From a virus (Duplodnaviria; Heunggongvirae; Uroviricota; Caudoviricetes): DNA of 64,000 nt. The position numbers and the translations under genes were made by a program. The stretch's first letter is position 1; each line of letters opens with the position of its first letter. Below are positions 59,465-64,000 of the stretch, piece by piece. The notes beneath the pieces are model-generated. The model did no database searches. It was not told where the DNA came from and saw only the letters and a list, made by a program, of their open reading frames with translations. Location: IMG/VR virus record IMGVR_UViG_2724679538_000004, positions 1-64,000 of that record; one strand, 5' to 3'.

Positions 59465-60044
59465 CATATTATTTATCTTAAGTGATAGGATACTATAGTT
59501 TTCAGTCCATGTACTGGAGACTCGACCTGATGGGTGGAGGGTAGCGTCACTGGCGTCAGGTTTAAAAAAAAGCTCACTACCAGCGTAGAACCGGTGCCGT
59601 TTAGGCGCTGGGGAAGGGGGAACCAGAGTGAGCAGAGACAAGGGTCACTTTATGATTGTCGAGTCTGGGAAGTTCGAGAGGTTGAATCCAGTACTCCCCT
59701 TCATAAAGTGTGGGAAGATCTCGGTTCTGGGATGCTGTCATCCATAACTTCCCAAGCTTAAGCTGGCAGTAGACTTAAGCCATAACTTTTCAGGTTATGA
59801 AACGACCAGGTTGGTGAGGAACTTTTGTACTCACCTCCCTGGGAGGATATTACCTGAAAAGACAACCTCTCACTTCGTTCGAGGTGAACTTCACTCACTT
59901 CGTTCGTTCAGTTCAGATTAATTAAAAACCTCTTCTGGGAAGTAAGGTTTTAAAAAATAAATTTATTATTAATAAGTTATAACACGCACGCGTGTGCGCA
60001 CGCGCGAGGAAAAAATCGGCGCGGCGCTTGATTCAGGAGTTTAT

Positions 60045-60641
60045 ATGACGACGAAGACACCAGCCCGATCGCAAGCAAAAACTCTCAAAAAAGCCAAAAA
60101 CAAAAATTCTCCCCGCACCAATCACACAACGCCTGTCGTAGAGTTCAATCCCCAGCTTAAAACCGTGAAAATCTTTAGTGATGGCTCTTGCCTTAAAAAT
60201 CCGGGTGGTCCTGGCGGTTACGGTATCGTTCTCCAGTATCGTGGTGAGGAACGCGAGTTCTCAGATGGTTTTCATAGCACCACTAATAACCGCATGGAGA
60301 TGATGGGCGCACTCATCGGGCTGGAGCGTTTGAAATATCCATGCAACGTTATTTTGTACTCTGATAGCCAGTATCTGAAAAACGGCATGACACAGTGGAT
60401 GAAATGGTGGAAACGAAATGGATGGATGACTTCTGATAAAAAACCGGTAAAGAATGTTGATCTGTGGAAGCGTCTGGATGAGGCCGCAAGTCGACATAAT
60501 GTTCGCTGGAAGTGGGTTAAAGGCCATGCGGGACATCGTGAAAACGAGATCTGTGATCGTCTTGCTAAGATTGCAGCATTCACTGCCGCTGATACTCCAT
60601 TTAAAAAAGATTTAGGTTTTTTGAATCAAAATAGTAAGTAA
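60045..60641 (+). CDS. rnhA: ribonuclease H (RNase HI)
   Basis: [41 protein letters not shown] motifs; N-terminal basic extension; start set at ATG 60045 after CAGGAG. Confidence 0.85.
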   Translation: MTTKTPARSQAKTLKKAKNKNSPRTNHTTPVVEFNPQLKTVKIFSDGSCLKNPGGPGGYGIVLQYRGEEREFSDGFHSTTNNRMEMMGALIGLERLKYPCNVILYSDSQYLKNGMTQWMKWWKRNGWMTSDKKPVKNVDLWKRLDEAASRHNVRWKWVKGHAGHRENEICDRLAKIAAFTAADTPFKKDLGFLNQNSK

Positions 60642-60655
60642 GTATTTACCTATTA
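60630..60655. repeat. motif A copy
   Basis: AATAGTAAGTAAGTATTTACCTATTA overlapping RNase H stop. Confidence 0.65.
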
Positions 60656-60783
60656 TTTAGATTAAGGTATTCTGATCACCGTCAGGATGACAATGTGTCG
60701 GTGAGACACAGTTCCAGGATGGAACGGGAAAGGCGGCTGGTTAATGCCAGCCGCAACTCTTTCTGACACTGGATGGAGTCCTA

Positions 60784-61281
60784 ATGGCACGTCAAACCTA
60801 TTTCACTTCTGCAACTAAAAGCAAACGCCCACGCTCTTTACGTCAAATTTTGGCCGAGCTATTTAGCGGTCGCGCTTTGTCACGCCTTGATGAACTGGAG
60901 TCTACCGTTCAGTTGCTGACGAAACGTTTAGATGATCAAGCATCAGTCGTTGCGAATATGGGGGCGATTGTTACCTCTCGTTCTTCACGCGAGGCGAAAA
61001 AAGTACGTCCTTTAGTGAAGGAGAAAAATAACAAGGACAGTTCGAATGGAAAATTTTCAAAGAAAGAGGCTGAAACCAATGGCCTACGCTCTCATTTTGC
61101 TTTCACTGGCGACGGTAGCCGTCCCAGCAGGCCAGAGCCTTTTGATGCAGGATTCTTCCACCACACGTCAGCCGACGACAATTTCCACCGCTCCAGTGGA
61201 GCGTCCTGTCTCTCTGGATGGGATGTCGGTGGATGCGATACCTCAAGTTCATCCAGTTACTCTGGATCATGCTGCGATTAA
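60784..61281 (+). CDS. hypothetical protein (3' portion doubtful; overlaps next ORF in another frame)
   Basis: Good RBS GGAG and protein-like basic N-terminal 90 aa; C-terminal 70 aa low-complexity. Confidence 0.3.
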   Translation: MARQTYFTSATKSKRPRSLRQILAELFSGRALSRLDELESTVQLLTKRLDDQASVVANMGAIVTSRSSREAKKVRPLVKEKNNKDSSNGKFSKKEAETNGLRSHFAFTGDGSRPSRPEPFDAGFFHHTSADDNFHRSSGASCLSGWDVGGCDTSSSSSYSGSCCD

Positions 61282-61294
61282 GGCTGTTGCATGA
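61079..61294 (+). CDS. small secreted protein
   Basis: Signal peptide MAYALILLSLATVAVPA; RBS AGAGG. Confidence 0.4.
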   Translation: MAYALILLSLATVAVPAGQSLLMQDSSTTRQPTTISTAPVERPVSLDGMSVDAIPQVHPVTLDHAAIKAVA

Positions 61295-61479
61295 ACTGGC
61301 TTTCAAATCACTTTGGAAAAATTTGGCTGGTTATTGTGGCTCTCATGGCCGCAGGTTGGGTGTCAAACATTGTAAAACTCGTTTGCTCTGGGGATCTCCA
61401 GTTTCAGGCTGGAATGACTCTGGCTCGTGTAGTTGGGATTTTTATGTTTCCAGTCGGTTCGGTGCTTGGCTATTTCTAA
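61291..61479 (+). CDS. small membrane protein
   Basis: 62 aa, ATGA overlap; two hydrophobic helices. Confidence 0.4.
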   Translation: MNWLSNHFGKIWLVIVALMAAGWVSNIVKLVCSGDLQFQAGMTLARVVGIFMFPVGSVLGYF

Positions 61480-61538
61480 TGCGTGTCGGAGTTGAGGCTT
61501 TAGAAGCCATAGTTCATGTAATTCTGTTTACTTCACTT

Positions 61539-61558
61539 AGAAAACAACTTGTTTTGAC
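61539..61558. promoter_or_regulatory. motif B element
   Basis: AGAAAACAACTTGTTTTGAC. Confidence 0.5.
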
Positions 61559-61580
61559 AAATAACATATAGGAAAAACAC

Positions 61581-62006
61581 ATGTTAGGTTTCTTTAAAAA
61601 GAAAACTCGTAAAGCTGTTATCGAAGTCAAAAAAATGGAGAACCGTGATGCGGTTGAAGCCACTGTGTGGGGCGCGTATATGATCTCCTATTCCGATGGC
61701 ACATGCGATGCAAAAGAAATTTCCATTCTTGAGAAAACAATTGCAGCTCTGCCTGCGTTTTCTCCGTTTGCTGCTGAGATAGCCCAGATGAGTGCCAATA
61801 TCCGCGCTCAATACGAAGCCTCACCACGCCGAGCTAATGCTCAAGCTTTACGTGAACTGGCTGATGTGGCCGGGACTAATGATGCAGTAGATGTTCTGTG
61901 TCTGTGTATTGATATTGCCGATCAGGACGGTATTGGCGAGGAGGAAGAGTTGGTGTTGAAAAAAATCGCTCAGGCGCTCCAGCTTTCACTGGATGCTTAT
62001 CTCTAA
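61581..62006 (+). CDS. TerB-like domain protein
   Basis: Two ADG/DQDG...E motifs (YSDGTCDAKEISILEK, ADQDGIGEEEELVLKK) typical of TerB-like fold. Confidence 0.4.
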   Translation: MLGFFKKKTRKAVIEVKKMENRDAVEATVWGAYMISYSDGTCDAKEISILEKTIAALPAFSPFAAEIAQMSANIRAQYEASPRRANAQALRELADVAGTNDAVDVLCLCIDIADQDGIGEEEELVLKKIAQALQLSLDAYL

Positions 62007-62164
62007 TGCTTGAGAGATTCCGGCTTGTGATCGTCATTGCTCTTTTGGTGATGGCGGTGCTGGTGGATTTTACGGGAAAGATCATGTCTGTCATTTCTGA
62101 TGGCGTTCTTGTTGGTCTGGCGATCTACTTCGCTCGCCCTCTAATCCGTAATGCAAAGTGTTAA
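62006..62164 (+). CDS. small membrane protein (52 aa)
   Basis: ATG overlaps upstream stop; hydrophobic LVIVIALLVMAVLV; below ORF-track cutoff. Confidence 0.35.
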   Translation: MLERFRLVIVIALLVMAVLVDFTGKIMSVISDGVLVGLAIYFARPLIRNAKC

Positions 62165-62179
62165 TAACAAGGGCCGACT

Positions 62180-63022
62180 ATGGCCCTTTTGTTTCATGGA
62201 GCGCGTATGTTTGAGATTTCAACACTCACTTCTACTACCAAAGGTTTTCACGATAAGCCTTCAATGACCAGTCAGGAGATTGCCGAGTTGGTTGGCAGTC
62301 GTCACGACAGCGTTAAACGCACCATAGAACGGCTGGTAAAAACTGGCGTCATTACTTTTCCACCAATGGTGGAAAAGCCCACCGCAGGTCGCCCTTCGAC
62401 GATGTACCTGTTTGAAGGCGATCAGGGCAAACGAGACAGCATTGTCGTAGTTGCGCAGCTGTCGCCGGAATTTACGGCACGTTTAGTTGATCGCTGGAGA
62501 GAGTTGGAGTCCATATATGGCGCAGCTGTGACTCCAGCGATACCTCGTACCTACAAAGAAGCTCTTGTTCATTTGCTTCATCAGGTTGAAGAAAACGAGC
62601 GCCTTGAAAAGAAAAATGAGGCTTTGGAAGTAGCGCTGTCAAATGCAAAGCCAAAAGCCATTCTGATGGATACGATTTGCGGAACCGCAAATGAACTTTA
62701 CGGGCTTAATGAAGCTGGGCGCATTCTCGGTACATCTGGTGTTGTTATGGGGGAATTTCTGGATTCTCTTGGCGACGTTTATGTAAAGCGCAAATACACA
62801 ACTATCAATCGTCAGTTCTTGAAGGCTTTCATTGACCGTGGCTATGGGAAAAATGTCGTGATCGGAACTGGACGTAACCAGGCAAAATTCACCTTTAAGG
62901 GGCTTTGCTTTGCGGCTGTGAAGCTGATTGCCGCAGGAAAAATAACCGTCAACTCCATCGAATATGAACCGTGCCGGGAACATGTTGAGCGTGAATTGAA
63001 GGGCGCAAAAAGTCTTCATTGA
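62180..63022 (+). CDS. Rha-family phage regulatory protein / antirepressor
   Basis: MTSQEIAELVGSRHDSVKRTIERL matches Rha N-terminal motif; true start may be internal. Confidence 0.55.
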   Translation: MALLFHGARMFEISTLTSTTKGFHDKPSMTSQEIAELVGSRHDSVKRTIERLVKTGVITFPPMVEKPTAGRPSTMYLFEGDQGKRDSIVVVAQLSPEFTARLVDRWRELESIYGAAVTPAIPRTYKEALVHLLHQVEENERLEKKNEALEVALSNAKPKAILMDTICGTANELYGLNEAGRILGTSGVVMGEFLDSLGDVYVKRKYTTINRQFLKAFIDRGYGKNVVIGTGRNQAKFTFKGLCFAAVKLIAAGKITVNSIEYEPCREHVERELKGAKSLH

Positions 63023-63093
63023 TTTTCAACGTGGACACTCACCTTTTCATTGCGATTGTTCCCCTCTCCTAATCAGACACAATAAAGCCAATA

Positions 63094-63113
63094 AGAAAAC
63101 AACTTGTTTAATC
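63094..63113. promoter_or_regulatory. motif B element
   Basis: AGAAAACAACTTGTTTAATC. Confidence 0.5.
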
Positions 63114-63128
63114 ATCAAGGAAAAACAC

Positions 63129-63698
63129 ATGTGCGAGAAATGCAAAGCGATAGCTGATGAACAAAATGCCCTATTTGAAGAAATGGGTGCTAATGAGCTG
63201 GTAAAAATGTTAGCCATTCTTCGGGGAATAGAAGACGTTTCCATATTTGAGAGAGTGCTAACAGCACATAGTTTTAAGTCTACCTTTGAAGAGCCAATTC
63301 AGGTTGTCGCTTTGGCGCACCATTTTGGTGTTCATTATCTTGCTGAAAAAGAGCGAGCTAAAAAGTTGCAGGCGACTTTGGATATGGTGAGCGAGCCTCA
63401 ACGAACTCATGACGATAACAAGAGTGAGACGATTATTGCTGACAAAGATCGTGAAATTGCCGGACTCAAATCCTCTCTAACAATGTTGATGTCCGCAATG
63501 AACCTGGTGTCATCTCAGGCTGGCTTAAAAATGCCATCACTAAATAGCTATGATCCGATGGCAGTGCGCCAGCTGCTTGGTGCAATGGCTGATCAGCTTG
63601 ACGACACGAAAAATCGTATTGAAGATATGATGCGGGAACTTAGTCATCGTCATAATCTGACAACTCAGCCACATAAAGCTTTTCAAGTATCACATTAA
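63129..63698 (+). CDS. hypothetical protein
   Basis: 189 aa; N-terminal CEKC; AAGGAAAAACACATG initiation region. Confidence 0.45.
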   Translation: MCEKCKAIADEQNALFEEMGANELVKMLAILRGIEDVSIFERVLTAHSFKSTFEEPIQVVALAHHFGVHYLAEKERAKKLQATLDMVSEPQRTHDDNKSETIIADKDREIAGLKSSLTMLMSAMNLVSSQAGLKMPSLNSYDPMAVRQLLGAMADQLDDTKNRIEDMMRELSHRHNLTTQPHKAFQVSH

Positions 63699-63701
63699 TA
63701 A

Positions 63702-63724
63702 AAGGGGATTCGTCCCCTTTTTCC
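63702..63724 (+). terminator. rho-independent terminator
   Basis: AGGGGA-ttcg-TCCCCT TTTTCC. Confidence 0.65.
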
Positions 63725-63768
63725 TTACCTAAGTGAAATTTTAAAAATATTATTCTTTTTATATTATT

Positions 63769-64000
63769 TTAAATACCAGGATTAGATAAATTGTCTATGA
63801 ATGTGCGGGTGGTATTGACAAATCCAGACCCAGAAAAGCGCATAATGAAGCCGTTTTCATCAAAAGTTACGCTCTTTTTATTCATAAATTCATTAAAAAT
63901 ATGATTTGTGCCTGCTCTTGTTGAGGGATACCAATATATTCCCATATCACTGTCGCAGTCCTGATGCATGCGAACCTTTACACCGTTTATTTGCATGGGG
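63769..64000 (-). CDS. partial CDS (3' end; 5' end probably beyond window), AT-rich, hypothetical
   Basis: Open frame reaching window edge on - strand; AT-rich composition. Confidence 0.3.
   Translation of the reverse strand, partial: PMQINGVKVRMHQDCDSDMGIYWYPSTRAGTNHIFNEFMNKKSVTFDENGFIMRFSGSGFVNTTRTFIDNLSNPGI

Noticed and set aside
59983-60006. Alternating CG-rich tract as a protelomerase (telomere resolution) site
   Set aside because: The palindromic portion is short (CACGCGTG, TGCGCA), not the long perfect palindrome seen at known tel sites, and no protelomerase-like gene is in the window.
1-64000. rRNA genes, insertion sequences or transposase genes
   Set aside because: No long conserved rRNA-like stretches, and no transposase-like ORFs or terminal inverted repeats typical of IS elements were seen.

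Overview
This 64-kb window reads as part of a temperate phage-plasmid from an enterobacterial host: phage virion, lysis, replication and nucleotide-metabolism genes sit beside a complete plasmid maintenance set. The gene content resembles SSU5/pHCM2-type phage-plasmids, but that is from memory and no database search was run. Nearly all genes are on the + strand.

Modules in order:
- 1-4601: tail-fibre module. A 1129-aa fibre with Ala/Ser-rich repeats, two TPKAVKAAYD fibre repeats and a C-terminal S74 intramolecular-chaperone domain, followed by a Gly-rich gp38-like adhesin.
- 4676-6095: lysis cassette ending in overlapping i-/o-spanin genes.
- 6132-9143: GNAT/DUF1778-type toxin-antitoxin pair, ParA/ParG-like partition genes, and a GIY-YIG nuclease.
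- 9351-17335: DnaB-like helicase, primase and ATP-dependent ligase, interrupted by a secreted Sel1-repeat protein and a lipoprotein.
- 17332-18161: four coupled small membrane ORFs.
- 18923-19902: tRNA cluster (Asn, Tyr, Thr, and a doubtful Ser) within ORF-free, structured DNA.
- 20084-21436: a strongly AT-rich foreign gene for a membrane-anchored protein of unknown function.
- 22953-24730: tandem repeats, a lox-like 13-7-13 palindrome, a P4-type tyrosine recombinase and an HTH regulator.
- 25304-32386: CobT/CobS-like pair and a DnaE-type polymerase.
- 32690-40980: CspA homologue, gp32-like SSB, flap endonuclease, RecA, and an SPFH lipoprotein.
- 40989-43181: P1-type iteron replicon (repA flanked by iteron arrays, a DnaA box, an AT-rich stretch and GATC-bearing repeats).
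- 44168-48691: SbcD/SbcC and a RuvC-like resolvase.
- 48766-56101: NrdA/NrdB, thymidylate synthase, DHFR and a P-loop kinase.
- 56592-64000: DnaQ-like exonuclease, an acidic protein, Dam-type methyltransferase, RNase H, TerB-like protein and Rha antirepressor.

The most striking signals not explained by the genes are two palindromic intergenic motifs, TAGGTAAGTACTTACCTA (about 19 copies) and AGAAAACAA(T/C)TTGTTTAAA (7 copies). The strongest candidates for something undescribed are the AT-rich gene at 20084-21436 and the recombinase with its lox-like site and dispersed 13-mer copies. All calls rest on reading the sequence and recalled motifs; no alignments or searches were performed.
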